The notes beneath the pieces are model-generated. The model had not been told where the DNA came from. It saw nothing but the letters and a program-made list of their open reading frames with translations, and did no database searches. 64,000 nucleotides of DNA from Escherichia coli (GTDB lineage: Bacteria > Pseudomonadota > Gammaproteobacteria > Enterobacterales > Enterobacteriaceae): assembly GCF_024502345.1 (NCBI RefSeq), contig NZ_JALDNN010000001.1. One strand, given 5' to 3'. Both the position numbers and the translations under genes were made by a program. Each line of letters begins with the position of its first letter. The first letter of the stretch is position 1. Of this stretch, positions 48,997 to 60,099 are shown piece by piece.

Positions 48997-51195
48997 TTAT
49001 CTCCTGCGCAACAATCTTAACGCATTCGCTGTCACCAGCACCGTCGCACCCGTATCTGCCAGCACCGCCAGCCATAGTCCGGTCATTCCTAACAGCGTGG
49101 TGACGAGGAAGATCCCTTTCAGCCCCAGCGCAATAGTGATGTTCTGGCGGATATTGGCGTGAGTGGCGCGTGCCAGTTCGATCATTTGCACCAGACCGCG
49201 CAGGTGGTTATGGGTTAATGCTGCGTCGGCGGTTTCCAGCGCCACGTCTGTGCCGCTGCCCATTGCAATCCCGATGGCGGCAGCTTTCATCGCTGGCGCG
49301 TCGTTAATACCGTCACCGACCATCGCCAGCGGCGCATGTTGATTCAGCTCGGTCACCGCTTTGACTTTATCTTCCGGCAACAGGCCCGCTTTAAACTCCA
49401 GCCCCAGCTCCCCGGCAATTGCCGCCGCTGCGCGTGGATTATCGCCGGTGAGGATCACCCCTTTGACGCCCAGCGCGTTCAGTTCACTGATGGCAGTTGC
49501 AGCATCGGCGCGCAGGGTATCCTGTAACGCAATGACACCAAGCACGTCATCGTTACGTACTACCAGCACTACCGTTTGCCCGGCGCTTTCCAGTTCGTTA
49601 ATTAAACCAGCAAATGCATCAGCGGGATGTTTCCCGGCAGCGCAAATCAATACGCGCTCACCGTTAACCTGCGCTTCAATGCCAGACCCGACCAGCGCCC
49701 GCTGTGATTCGGCGGCGGGAATGGCGAGTGCAGCAACCTGTGCTTCGCGCACGATGGCCTGCGCCAGTGGATGCGTCGCGCCTTGCTCGACCGCCGCCGC
49801 CAGTGTCAGCAGTTCAGATTCACTAATACCCGTTGCCGGATGAATCGCGGTAACGCGCGGTTTACCGACGGTCAGCGTACCGGTTTTATCAAACGCCACC
49901 TGTGTAACACGACCTAGCTGCTCCAGCGCCGCACCGCCTTTAATTAACGCCCCACGACGTGCCGCTGCTGCCAGCCCGGAGGTAATCGCCGCGGGCGTGG
50001 AGATAACTAACGCACACGGGCAGCCAATCAGCAGCAGCGTCAGCCCTTTATAAATCCACTCTTGCCAGCTGGCGGCAAATAGCAGCGGCGGCACCAGCGT
50101 TACCAGCAGGGCGACGGCCATAATTGCTGGCGTATAAATACGGCTGAAACGGTCGATAAACCGCTCAATGGGGGCGCGGCGCTCTTCGGCTTCTTCGATC
50201 AGTTTCAGAATCCGGTCAATGGCGCTGGCACCCGGTTCTGACAGCACTTCCAGCGTTACCAGACGGTCTACGCTGGTGGCTCCTGCAGGAACTTTATCGC
50301 CCGTCGCGCGCTCCACCGGAATGGATTCTCCGGTCAGGGCGCTTTCATCAAAACTGGCAAACGGTGAGAGCAGTTTACCGTCGGCAGGCAAACGCCCACC
50401 TGCGGCGACTTCAATCACATCGCCAGGCCGCAGGCTGTTAATCGCCACCTCTTCCCGCTCACCGTTACGCAGGCGCGTGGCGGTTTCTGGTTTCAGCGCC
50501 ATTAACGCGCTAACGCCCTGACGCGCGCGGCTGGCGGCCCAGCCTTCCAGTCGTTCACCAATCAAAAACAGCAGCAACACCATCGCAGCTTCAGCCGTTG
50601 CGCCAATAAACAGTGCACCAATAGCGGCTACGCTCATTAAGGTTTCAATGGCGAAGTAGCTGCCGGATTTGATCAGCCGTAATGCCTGACGAGCAATCGG
50701 GTACAGCCCAACCAGCGTGGTCGCGATAAACGCCAGTTGCCCAAACGGATGATTAAATTGCTCCAGACCCCAGCTGATTGCCATCATCACGATTAGCGTA
50801 ATCAGCGGCAGATTCTCTTTCAGGCGCGATGCTTGTGGCTCGTCGGCGGCCTGCTCATCGCGCAGGGAATAGCCCGCTTTTTGCACCGCAGATTCAACCT
50901 GGGCACGGATGTCATTGTCGGCATCGACCACCAGTTTTTCGGTGGCGAACAGTACCTGCACCTGATTCACACCTGCAAGCTGGCGCACGGCATTTTCTAC
51001 CTTGCGCGCACAGGCGGCGCAGTCCATGCCGCTGACTTTCCAGCTATAGCGGGTGCCGGAGACGTTTTCAGAGAGCGTTGGCGAGCTGGAACATGCGCCG
51101 TCGCAGCAACAGTCGTTGGCGTTCTGTACCGTGGTTAGCGGTTTGAACGCAGCAAATTGAGGGGCTTTCTTGCCGTGATTGTCAGGAGTCGACAT
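48997..51195 (-). CDS. zntA: Zn/Cd/Pb-exporting P1B-type ATPase ZntA, 732 aa
   Basis: ORF with N-terminal GMDCAAC metal-binding motif, CPC transmembrane motif and DKTGT phosphorylation site. Confidence 0.97.
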   Translation of the reverse strand: MSTPDNHGKKAPQFAAFKPLTTVQNANDCCCDGACSSSPTLSENVSGTRYSWKVSGMDCAACARKVENAVRQLAGVNQVQVLFATEKLVVDADNDIRAQVESAVQKAGYSLRDEQAADEPQASRLKENLPLITLIVMMAISWGLEQFNHPFGQLAFIATTLVGLYPIARQALRLIKSGSYFAIETLMSVAAIGALFIGATAEAAMVLLLFLIGERLEGWAASRARQGVSALMALKPETATRLRNGEREEVAINSLRPGDVIEVAAGGRLPADGKLLSPFASFDESALTGESIPVERATGDKVPAGATSVDRLVTLEVLSEPGASAIDRILKLIEEAEERRAPIERFIDRFSRIYTPAIMAVALLVTLVPPLLFAASWQEWIYKGLTLLLIGCPCALVISTPAAITSGLAAAARRGALIKGGAALEQLGRVTQVAFDKTGTLTVGKPRVTAIHPATGISESELLTLAAAVEQGATHPLAQAIVREAQVAALAIPAAESQRALVGSGIEAQVNGERVLICAAGKHPADAFAGLINELESAGQTVVLVVRNDDVLGVIALQDTLRADAATAISELNALGVKGVILTGDNPRAAAAIAGELGLEFKAGLLPEDKVKAVTELNQHAPLAMVGDGINDAPAMKAAAIGIAMGSGTDVALETADAALTHNHLRGLVQMIELARATHANIRQNITIALGLKGIFLVTTLLGMTGLWLAVLADTGATVLVTANALRLLRRR

Positions 51196-51237
51196 GGCAT
51201 CCTCCGGTTAAGTTTTTTCTCATTAACCGAAGGATAC

Positions 51238-51259
51238 ACTCTGGAGTCGACTCCAGAGT
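51238..51259. promoter_or_regulatory. ZntR (MerR-family) operator within the zntA promoter
   Basis: Perfect 22-bp palindrome actctggagtcgactccagagt between a -35-like TTGACT and -10-like TATCCT (minus-strand sense) with the long spacer typical of MerR-type promoters. Confidence 0.85.
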
Positions 51260-51268
51260 CAAGTTTTA

Positions 51269-51895
51269 TCAGAGATACAGCGAGCGGACGATGAGGAAAT
51301 GACCGGCAAAGTAGCAGGCCGCAGCAATCGCGTTATCTGCCCGGAAGCGGCGGCGATAGTGGCTACCCAGCCAGACAAAGTTACTGATAAACAGCAATGA
51401 AGCGCCAACAAACGCAGAGAGTGCCGGAGCGGTCGGACGGAAGAACCACAGTTCACCTGCCAGCCACACCATCACCAGCGTCATGCCGATAAACGTGCAG
51501 ATAGGCCAACGATACTCTTCCAGCCGCGTCCAGATAATCGCCAGTAACAGCGCGCCCAGAACCAGCAACACCAGTGGCAGAGGCCAGAAGAAAGAGAGCG
51601 TCATCTGACTGGCGAAATAGATGGTGTACAGCAGGTGCGAGAGGAAAAACGCGCCGATGGCGTACATCAGACGTTGACGTGGCAACAGGGTTAGCGCATC
51701 GCCCAGCAGTGAGGCGCACAGCCCTGCCAGCACCAGATAGCTAATGGCGTCGAACATCGGCGCTTGCCAGGCCAGTAACAGCAGGAGAAGAAGGGTTAAC
51801 GGTTTAAACACCCAGCGTTGCCAGGTTGGCCCACGATACGATGCATCCACAGATAGCCATGCGGAAAGACAGACAGCGATAAACGACCAAAGCAT
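51269..51895 (-). CDS. yhhN: Inner membrane protein YhhN (lysoplasmalogenase-like family), 208 aa
   Basis: ORF translation [51 protein letters not shown]... Confidence 0.9.
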
Positions 51896-52035
51896 CTTAG
51901 TTCCTTGAATTCGTTATTTTTTCGTAAGCGGAATGCCTACGGTCTTGCTTCCAGTTTAGTGGCGAGGGTGGACGGATGACAACACCATAACTGGCAGGGT
52001 ATGCTTATTTCCGCATTTTCCGATGAGGGATAAAG

Positions 52036-52395
52036 ATGAGCAAACCACCTCTTTTCTTTATTGTTATCATTGGCTTAATTGTCGTCGCCGCATCGTTTCG
52101 TTTTATGCAACAGCGACGGGAAAAAGCTGATAATGATATGGCTCCGCTCCAGCAAAAGCTGGTGGTGGTGAGCAACAAGCGGGAAAAACCGATTAACGAT
52201 CGCCGTTCGCGCCAGCAGGAAGTGACTCCGGCAGGCACCAGTATGCGCTATGAGGCAAGCTTCAAACCGCAAAGCGGAGGAATGGAGCAGACGTTTCGCC
52301 TCGACGCCCAGCAGTACCACGCCCTGACAGTGGGCGATAAAGGTACGCTGAGCTATAAAGGAACGCGCTTTGTTAGCTTTGTTGGCGAACAATAA
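52036..52395 (+). CDS. yhhM: Uncharacterised protein YhhM, 119 aa
   Basis: ORF translation MSKPPLFFIVIIGLIVVAASFRFMQQRREKADNDMAPLQQKLVVVSNKREK... Confidence 0.88.
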   Translation: MSKPPLFFIVIIGLIVVAASFRFMQQRREKADNDMAPLQQKLVVVSNKREKPINDRRSRQQEVTPAGTSMRYEASFKPQSGGMEQTFRLDAQQYHALTVGDKGTLSYKGTRFVSFVGEQ

Positions 52396-52397
52396 GG

Positions 52398-52667
52398 TTA
52401 TTTTTTAACTTTAAATTTCTTCTGCCAGACCAGCAGTTCAAACACGCCGAAAAGGAAAATCCGCACCTTTTCGGCGGTGGTCATCTGCGGGCCATCTTTC
52501 GGTAAAGTGGATTTCAATAGCGCCAGCTGCATACCATGCATCAGCACGGTAAAAATCAGCGCCACGTTAACGAAAATATTCAGCGGGCGCGGGAAGGGAT
52601 GCACCAGATTGAGGATTAAAAATCCCCAAACGCAGAGCATTAACAAACGACCAATATTAATCAGCAT
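52398..52667 (-). CDS. yhhL: Small membrane protein YhhL (DUF1145), 89 aa
   Basis: ORF 52398..52790 trimmed to the ATG giving MLINIGRLLMLCVWGFLILNLVHPF...; start overlaps the rsmD 3' end. Confidence 0.8.
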   Translation of the reverse strand: MLINIGRLLMLCVWGFLILNLVHPFPRPLNIFVNVALIFTVLMHGMQLALLKSTLPKDGPQMTTAEKVRIFLFGVFELLVWQKKFKVKK

Positions 52668-53253
52668 CACTTTCTCCTTGTGCTTCGCGTTGATACAGCC
52701 GATAAGCCACCTGACCCGCCACTTTTTCCCGATGTAATGACCAGTTTGCCGGAACAGTGGGCAGACCGTTTTCGACTTCGCTTTCGACATAAATCAGGGC
52801 TTCGTCAGCCAGCCAGCCGTTATCTTCCAGTAAATTTATCGTCTCTTCTAACAAGCCACGGCGGAACGGTGGATCGACAAACACGATATTATGCGGTGTG
52901 CCTTTTTGCGCCAGGAATGACATTGCGTTGCTGTTCACCACGCGTGCATTGCCTGCTTTTAGTGTCGCCAGATTCTTAATTAACTGCTGAGAAACCGCGC
53001 GATCCATCTCAATCAACGTTGCCCCCGCAGCATAGCGCGACAACGCTTCCAGCCCCAGCGCGCCGCTTCCGGCGAAGCAATCCAGACATTGGGCGTCAAC
53101 AATGACCGGAGCCAGCCAGTTAAACAACGTTTCGCGTACGCGGTCGGTGGTGGGGCGCAGACCTGGGCTATCAGGAACCGGGAGTTTACGGCCTCGCCAC
53201 TGCCCGCCAATAATGCGGATTTGGCCGCTGCCGGAATGATTCGGTTTTTTCAT
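52657..53253 (-). CDS. rsmD: 16S rRNA m2G966 methyltransferase RsmD (YhhF), 198 aa
   Basis: ORF translation MKKPNHSGSGQIRIIGGQWRGRKLPVPDSPGLRPTTDRVRETLFNWL... (DPPF motif). Confidence 0.95.
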   Translation of the reverse strand: MKKPNHSGSGQIRIIGGQWRGRKLPVPDSPGLRPTTDRVRETLFNWLAPVIVDAQCLDCFAGSGALGLEALSRYAAGATLIEMDRAVSQQLIKNLATLKAGNARVVNSNAMSFLAQKGTPHNIVFVDPPFRRGLLEETINLLEDNGWLADEALIYVESEVENGLPTVPANWSLHREKVAGQVAYRLYQREAQGESDAD

Positions 53254-53402
53254 GATAAATTGCTCAATCCGCCAGATAACACATACTTGCAGGCGGTGAT
53301 GTGAATTAAGTTAAGTGATAGACTATTTCATCATTTTTTTAGCTGCTATGTACATAGCGTTAACGCTGTGCCATGAAGCAACAGCGAGGAGTGTAGTCGC
53401 AA

Positions 53403-54899
53403 ATGGCGAAAGAAAAAAAACGTGGCTTTTTTTCCTGGCTGGGCTTTGGTCAAAAAGAGCAGACCCCGGAAAAAGAGACAGAAGTTCAGAATGAACAACC
53501 GGTTGTAGAAGAAATCGTTCAGGCGCAAGAGCCTGTGAAGGCTTCGGAACAAGCCGTTGAAGAGCAGCCGCAGGCGCATACTGAAGCCGAGGCGGAAACT
53601 TTTGCTGCCGACGTTGTGGAAGTCACTGAACAGGTAGCTGAAAGTGAAAAAGCGCAGCCTGAAGCGGAAGTCGTTGCACAGCCGGAACCGGTCGTAGAAG
53701 AAACGCCGGAGCCAGTGGCTATCGAACGTGAAGAACTGCCGTTGCCGGAAGACGTCAACGCCGAAGAGGTTTCGCCAGAAGAGTGGCAGGCTGAAGCGGA
53801 AACCGTAGAGATTGTCGAAGCGGCGGAAGAAGAAGCGGCTAAAGAAGAAATCACCGACGAAGAGCTGGAAACACAGGCGCTGGCTGCCGAAGCGGCAGAA
53901 GAGGCGGTGATGGTGGTTCCTCCGGCAGAAGAAGAGCAGCCGGTGGAAGAAATCGCTCAGGAGCAGGAAAAACCGACCAAAGAAGGTTTTTTCGCGCGCC
54001 TGAAACGCAGCCTGTTAAAAACCAAAGAAAATCTCGGTTCCGGATTTATCAGCCTGTTCCGCGGTAAAAAAATCGACGATGATCTGTTTGAAGAGCTGGA
54101 AGAGCAGCTGTTGATCGCCGATGTGGGCGTGGAAACCACACGTAAAATAATCACCAATCTGACGGAAGGCGCATCCCGCAAGCAGCTTCGTGATGCCGAG
54201 GCGCTCTATGGCCTGCTGAAAGAAGAGATGGGCGAGATTCTGGCGAAAGTCGATGAGCCGCTGAATGTTGAAGGCAAAGCGCCGTTTGTGATCCTGATGG
54301 TGGGCGTCAACGGTGTGGGTAAAACCACGACGATTGGTAAGCTGGCACGTCAGTTTGAGCAGCAGGGTAAATCGGTGATGCTGGCGGCGGGCGATACTTT
54401 CCGTGCAGCAGCGGTTGAACAGCTTCAGGTCTGGGGTCAGCGCAACAATATTCCGGTGATTGCCCAGCATACCGGTGCGGATTCCGCCTCTGTTATCTTC
54501 GACGCCATTCAGGCAGCTAAAGCGCGTAATATCGACGTCCTGATTGCCGATACCGCCGGACGTCTGCAGAACAAATCGCATCTGATGGAAGAGTTGAAGA
54601 AAATCGTCCGCGTGATGAAGAAACTCGACGTTGAAGCGCCGCATGAAGTTATGCTGACTATTGATGCCAGCACCGGGCAGAACGCGGTAAGCCAGGCCAA
54701 ACTGTTCCACGAAGCTGTTGGTTTAACCGGCATCACGCTAACGAAACTGGACGGCACGGCGAAAGGCGGGGTAATTTTCTCGGTGGCTGACCAGTTTGGT
54801 ATCCCTATCCGCTACATTGGTGTCGGCGAACGTATTGAGGATTTGCGTCCGTTTAAGGCGGACGACTTTATAGAGGCACTTTTTGCCCGAGAGGATTAA
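53403..54899 (+). CDS. ftsY: Signal recognition particle receptor FtsY, 498 aa
   Basis: ORF with acidic low-complexity N-terminal domain and C-terminal SRP GTPase domain (GVNGVGKTT, DTAGR). Confidence 0.97.
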   Translation: MAKEKKRGFFSWLGFGQKEQTPEKETEVQNEQPVVEEIVQAQEPVKASEQAVEEQPQAHTEAEAETFAADVVEVTEQVAESEKAQPEAEVVAQPEPVVEETPEPVAIEREELPLPEDVNAEEVSPEEWQAEAETVEIVEAAEEEAAKEEITDEELETQALAAEAAEEAVMVVPPAEEEQPVEEIAQEQEKPTKEGFFARLKRSLLKTKENLGSGFISLFRGKKIDDDLFEELEEQLLIADVGVETTRKIITNLTEGASRKQLRDAEALYGLLKEEMGEILAKVDEPLNVEGKAPFVILMVGVNGVGKTTTIGKLARQFEQQGKSVMLAAGDTFRAAAVEQLQVWGQRNNIPVIAQHTGADSASVIFDAIQAAKARNIDVLIADTAGRLQNKSHLMEELKKIVRVMKKLDVEAPHEVMLTIDASTGQNAVSQAKLFHEAVGLTGITLTKLDGTAKGGVIFSVADQFGIPIRYIGVGERIEDLRPFKADDFIEALFARED

Positions 54900-54901
54900 C
54901 A

Positions 54902-55570
54902 ATGATTCGCTTTGAACATGTCAGCAAGGCTTATCTCGGTGGGAGACAGGCGCTGCAGGGCGTTACGTTCCATATGCAGCCGGGTGAGATGGCGTTTCTG
55001 ACCGGTCATTCCGGCGCAGGGAAAAGTACCCTCCTGAAGCTGATCTGTGGGATTGAGCGGCCCAGCGCCGGGAAAATCTGGTTTAGCGGCCATGACATCA
55101 CGCGTCTGAAAAACCGTGAAGTTCCGTTTCTGCGCCGCCAGATTGGCATGATTTTCCAGGATCACCATCTACTGATGGACCGTACTGTCTACGATAACGT
55201 GGCGATCCCGCTGATTATCGCTGGTGCCAGCGGTGACGATATTCGTCGCCGGGTGTCGGCGGCACTGGATAAAGTCGGGCTACTGGACAAAGCGAAGAAC
55301 TTCCCTATTCAGCTTTCCGGCGGTGAACAACAGCGTGTTGGCATTGCCCGCGCGGTGGTGAATAAGCCCGCGGTACTGCTGGCGGACGAACCGACCGGTA
55401 ACCTGGACGACGCGTTGTCGGAAGGGATTCTACGTCTGTTTGAAGAGTTTAACCGCGTTGGGGTAACCGTATTGATGGCAACGCACGACATCAACCTGAT
55501 TTCACGGCGTTCCTATCGCATGCTCACCCTGAGCGATGGTCACTTGCATGGAGGCGTGGGCCATGAATAA
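54902..55570 (+). CDS. ftsE: Cell-division ABC ATPase FtsE, 222 aa
   Basis: ORF translation [48 protein letters not shown]... Confidence 0.97.
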
Positions 55571-56621
55571 GCGCGATGCAATCAATCATATTCGGCAGTT
55601 TGGTGGGCGTCTGGATCGCTTCCGTAAATCGGTCGGCGGCTCAGGCGACGGCGGTCGTAACGCACCGAAACGCGCGAAATCCTCGCCAAAACCGGTAAAT
55701 CGCAAAACCAACGTTTTCAACGAACAGGTGCGCTATGCCTTCCACGGCGCATTGCAGGATCTGAAAAGCAAACCGTTCGCCACGTTTTTAACGGTGATGG
55801 TTATCGCCATCTCCCTGACGCTGCCCAGCGTCTGTTATATGGTGTACAAAAACGTTAATCAGGCGGCGACGCAGTATTATCCGTCACCGCAAATCACTGT
55901 TTACTTGCAAAAAACGCTGGACGATGACGCCGCTGCGGGCGTGGTGGCACAGTTGCAGGCCGAGCAAGGCGTGGAGAAAGTGAACTATCTTTCTCGTGAA
56001 GACGCACTGGGCGAGTTCCGTAACTGGTCTGGTTTTGGTGGTGCGCTGGATATGCTGGAAGAAAACCCGCTTCCGGCAGTGGCGGTGGTGATCCCGAAAC
56101 TCGATTTTCAGGGGACGGAATCACTCAATACGCTGCGTGATCGTATCACGCAGATTAACGGCATTGACGAAGTGCGGATGGATGACAGCTGGTTTGCCCG
56201 TCTGGCGGCGTTGACCGGGCTGGTCGGGCGCGTTTCGGCGATGATCGGCGTGTTGATGGTGGCGGCAGTGTTCCTCGTCATCGGCAACAGCGTACGTCTG
56301 AGCATCTTTGCTCGCCGTGACTCCATCAACGTGCAGAAACTGATTGGTGCGACGGATGGTTTCATCCTTCGCCCGTTCCTGTATGGTGGCGCACTGCTGG
56401 GATTTTCTGGCGCATTGTTGTCATTAATTTTGTCAGAAATTCTGGTGCTGCGATTGTCATCGGCGGTTGCGGAAGTGGCACAGGTTTTCGGAACGAAGTT
56501 TGATATCAATGGTTTATCGTTCGATGAATGCCTGCTATTGCTGCTGGTATGCTCGATGATTGGCTGGGTGGCAGCGTGGCTTGCCACGGTACAACATTTA
56601 CGCCACTTTACGCCTGAATAA
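55563..56621 (+). CDS. ftsX: Cell-division ABC transporter permease-like protein FtsX, 352 aa
   Basis: ORF 55536..56621 trimmed to ATG at 55563 ([15 protein letters not shown]...), overlapping the ftsE stop. Confidence 0.93.
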
Positions 56622-56865
56622 TAAAAGCGTGTTATACTCTTTCCCTGCAATGGGTTCCGTAGCAGGGAAAGAGATCCCGTTGTCTCTTCCCGGTATTTCA
56701 TCTCTATGTCACATTTTGTGCGTAATTTATTCACAAGCTTGCATTGAACTTGTGGATAAAATCACGGTCTGATAAAACAGTGAATGATAACCTCGTTGCT
56801 CTTAAGCTCTGGCACAGTTGTTGCTACCACTGAAGCGCCAGAAGATATCGATTGAGAGGATTTGA

Positions 56866-57720
56866 ATGACTGACAAAATGCAAAGTTTAGCTTTAGCCCC
56901 AGTTGGCAACCTGGATTCCTACATCCGGGCAGCTAACGCGTGGCCGATGTTGTCGGCTGACGAGGAGCGGGCGCTGGCTGAAAAGCTGCATTACCATGGC
57001 GATCTGGAAGCAGCTAAAACGCTGATCCTGTCTCACCTGCGGTTTGTTGTTCATATTGCTCGTAATTATGCGGGCTATGGCCTGCCACAGGCGGATTTGA
57101 TTCAGGAAGGTAACATCGGCCTGATGAAAGCAGTGCGCCGTTTCAACCCGGAAGTGGGTGTGCGCCTGGTCTCCTTCGCCGTTCACTGGATCAAAGCAGA
57201 GATCCACGAATACGTTCTGCGTAACTGGCGTATCGTCAAAGTTGCGACCACCAAAGCGCAGCGCAAACTGTTCTTCAACCTGCGTAAAACCAAGCAGCGT
57301 CTGGGCTGGTTTAACCAGGATGAAGTCGAAATGGTGGCCCGTGAACTGGGCGTAACCAGCAAAGACGTTCGTGAGATGGAATCACGTATGGCGGCACAGG
57401 ACATGACCTTTGACCTGTCTTCCGACGACGATTCCGACAGCCAGCCGATGGCACCGGTGCTCTATCTGCAGGATAAATCATCTAACTTTGCCGACGGCAT
57501 CGAAGATGATAACTGGGAAGAGCAGGCGGCAAACCGTCTGACCGACGCGATGCAAGGTCTGGACGAGCGTAGCCAGGACATCATCCGCGCGCGCTGGCTG
57601 GACGAAGACAACAAGTCCACGTTGCAGGAACTGGCTGACCGTTACGGCGTTTCCGCTGAGCGTGTGCGCCAGCTGGAAAAGAACGCGATGAAAAAATTGC
57701 GTGCTGCTATAGAAGCGTAA
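56866..57720 (+). CDS. rpoH: RNA polymerase heat-shock sigma factor sigma-32 (RpoH), 284 aa
   Basis: ORF translation [51 protein letters not shown]... Confidence 0.98.
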   Translation: MTDKMQSLALAPVGNLDSYIRAANAWPMLSADEERALAEKLHYHGDLEAAKTLILSHLRFVVHIARNYAGYGLPQADLIQEGNIGLMKAVRRFNPEVGVRLVSFAVHWIKAEIHEYVLRNWRIVKVATTKAQRKLFFNLRKTKQRLGWFNQDEVEMVARELGVTSKDVREMESRMAAQDMTFDLSSDDDSDSQPMAPVLYLQDKSSNFADGIEDDNWEEQAANRLTDAMQGLDERSQDIIRARWLDEDNKSTLQELADRYGVSAERVRQLEKNAMKKLRAAIEA

Positions 57721-57741
57721 TTTCCGCTATTAAGCAGAGAA

Positions 57742-57773
57742 CCCTGGATGCGAGTCCGGGGTTTTTGTTTTTT
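57742..57773 (+). terminator. Intrinsic terminator downstream of rpoH
   Basis: GC-rich hairpin ccctgga-tgcgag-tccgggg followed by tttttgtttttt. Confidence 0.75.
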
Positions 57774-57990
57774 GGGCCTCTGTAATAATCAATTTCCCCT
57801 CCGGCAAAACGCCAATCCCCACGCAGATTGTTAATAAACTGTCAAAATAGCTATTCCAATATCATAAAAATCGGGTATGTTTTAGCAGAGTATGCTGCTA
57901 AAGCACGGGTAGTCATGCATAAAACGAAATAAAGTGCTGAACAACAACATCACAACACACGTAATAACCAGAAGAATGGGGATTCTCAGG

Positions 57991-59094
57991 ATGAACATAA
58001 AGGGTAAAGCGTTACTGGCAGGATGTATCGCGCTGGCATTCAGCAATATGGCTCTGGCAGAAGATATTAAAGTCGCGGTCGTGGGCGCAATGTCCGGTCC
58101 GGTTGCGCAGTACGGTGACCAGGAGTTTACCGGCGCAGAGCAGGCGGTTGCGGATATCAACGCTAAAGGCGGCATTAAAGGCAACAAACTGCAAATAGTA
58201 AAATATGACGATGCCTGTGACCCGAAACAGGCGGTTGCGGTGGCGAACAAAGTCGTTAACGACGGCATTAAATATGTGATTGGTCACCTCTGTTCTTCAT
58301 CAACGCAGCCTGCGTCTGACATCTACGAAGACGAAGGCATTTTAATGATCACCCCAGCGGCAACCGCGCCGGAGCTGACCGCCCGTGGCTATCAGCTGAT
58401 CCTGCGCACCACCGGCCTGGACTCCGACCAGGGGCCGACGGCGGCGAAATATATTCTTGAGAAAGTGAAACCGCAGCGTATTGCTATCGTTCACGACAAA
58501 CAGCAATACGGCGAAGGTCTGGCGCGAGCGGTGCAGGACGGCCTGAAGAAAGGCAATGCTAACGTGGTGTTCTTTGATGGTATCACCGCCGGGGAAAAAG
58601 ATTTCTCAACGCTGGTGGCGCGTCTGAAAAAAGAGAATATCGACTTCGTTTACTACGGCGGTTATCACCCGGAAATGGGGCAAATCCTGCGTCAGGCACG
58701 CGCGGCAGGGTTGAAAACTCAGTTTATGGGGCCGGAAGGCGTGGCTAACGTCTCGCTGTCTAACATTGCGGGCGAATCAGCGGAAGGGCTGCTGGTGACC
58801 AAGCCGAAGAACTACGATCAGGTTCCGGCGAACAAACCCATTGTTGACGCCATCAAAGCGAAAAAACAGGATCCAAGTGGCGCGTTCGTCTGGACCACCT
58901 ACGCCGCGCTGCAATCTTTGCAGGCGGGCCTGAATCAGTCTGACGATCCGGCTGAGATCGCCAAATACCTGAAAGCGAACTCGGTTGATACCGTGATGGG
59001 TCCGCTGACGTGGGATGAGAAAGGTGATCTGAAAGGCTTTGAGTTCGGTGTGTTTGACTGGCACGCCAACGGCACGGCGACCGATGCGAAGTAA
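57991..59094 (+). CDS. livJ: Leu/Ile/Val-binding periplasmic protein LivJ, 367 aa
   Basis: ORF 57934..59094 trimmed to ATG at 57991 ([37 protein letters not shown]...). Confidence 0.93.
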   Translation: MNIKGKALLAGCIALAFSNMALAEDIKVAVVGAMSGPVAQYGDQEFTGAEQAVADINAKGGIKGNKLQIVKYDDACDPKQAVAVANKVVNDGIKYVIGHLCSSSTQPASDIYEDEGILMITPAATAPELTARGYQLILRTTGLDSDQGPTAAKYILEKVKPQRIAIVHDKQQYGEGLARAVQDGLKKGNANVVFFDGITAGEKDFSTLVARLKKENIDFVYYGGYHPEMGQILRQARAAGLKTQFMGPEGVANVSLSNIAGESAEGLLVTKPKNYDQVPANKPIVDAIKAKKQDPSGAFVWTTYAALQSLQAGLNQSDDPAEIAKYLKANSVDTVMGPLTWDEKGDLKGFEFGVFDWHANGTATDAK

Positions 59095-59152
59095 TCATTA
59101 ATCGGCAACTTTGGGTTGCCGCCAAATTGCTAATATCGAGTACGTTGCTTCA

Positions 59153-59253
<101 letters not shown>

Positions 59254-59292
59254 ATTTCTCGTTGGTCATCACTTTTGAAATCAACTTGACGA

Positions 59293-59676
59293 TTAACGCT
59301 TCTCCCAGCCGCCCTGTTGCGCCGTAAACCCCAGCGCCTGCATAAACGCCGTCATCACACCGCGATCTTCCAAGCCTGCATCCGCCATCCACCAGCATGA
59401 AACGGCAGGATTGTTACGCAAAACCTCTTCCAGCAGATATTGCCCCACACCGCGACGGCGGGTGACTTCCCGCACGCGCAGGGAATCCAGTGCTCCCTCG
59501 GTGCCGCTTAAGGTTACCCGCACGGCCGCTAGCAGGCGCTCGTTAAAACGCGCGGCGTAGATGCGGTGGTTATCGTCAACCTGTAAAGAGGAAGGGGAAT
59601 ACTCCGGCCAGATCTTTTGCAGGTCAATCCGGTCCTGGTCGCTAAAGTTTTCTAATCGAATGATGGTCAGCTTCAT
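59293..59676 (-). CDS. panM: GNAT-fold PanD maturation/regulatory factor PanM (PanZ, YhhK), 127 aa
   Basis: ORF translation MKLTIIRLENFSDQDRIDLQKIWPEYSPSSLQVDDNHRIYAARFNERLLAAVRV... Confidence 0.9.
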   Translation of the reverse strand: MKLTIIRLENFSDQDRIDLQKIWPEYSPSSLQVDDNHRIYAARFNERLLAAVRVTLSGTEGALDSLRVREVTRRRGVGQYLLEEVLRNNPAVSCWWMADAGLEDRGVMTAFMQALGFTAQQGGWEKR

Positions 59677-60099
59677 GGGTAACCCGTGTAAATCACAAAA
59701 GTGGAACCAGTGTAGCGAAATAATTTAATCGGAGGCTTTCTCTTTTTTATTTCTTTTGGCAGGTGATTAATTTTTTAACAGCAATAATTACAAAGTTAAA
59801 ACATTATAGAATGAAAAATACCCAGCATAATCCCCTGAATGATAGTGAATTATTCCGCCCTTTGTGCCGTTATTTTATGCTGACAACGGCGCTTTTTTCT
59901 GTTTATCTATCAATAAATTCAGAATATTATCTGTTCTTAATCGACTGAAAAATAGGGATTTTAATCGCTATTATCACAAAATACTGCGCTAAACCCTTAA
60001 TCAGACAGGCAAAAACAGTGCAGTATAAAAAAAGAACAGTCTGATTTGTTAACACATAAAAACAAAGCAACACAACATCACGAATGGGGATTTTTGACT

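Noticed and set aside
54015-54710. 231-aa minus-strand ORF
   Set aside because: Antisense to the ftsY GTPase domain; shadow ORF.
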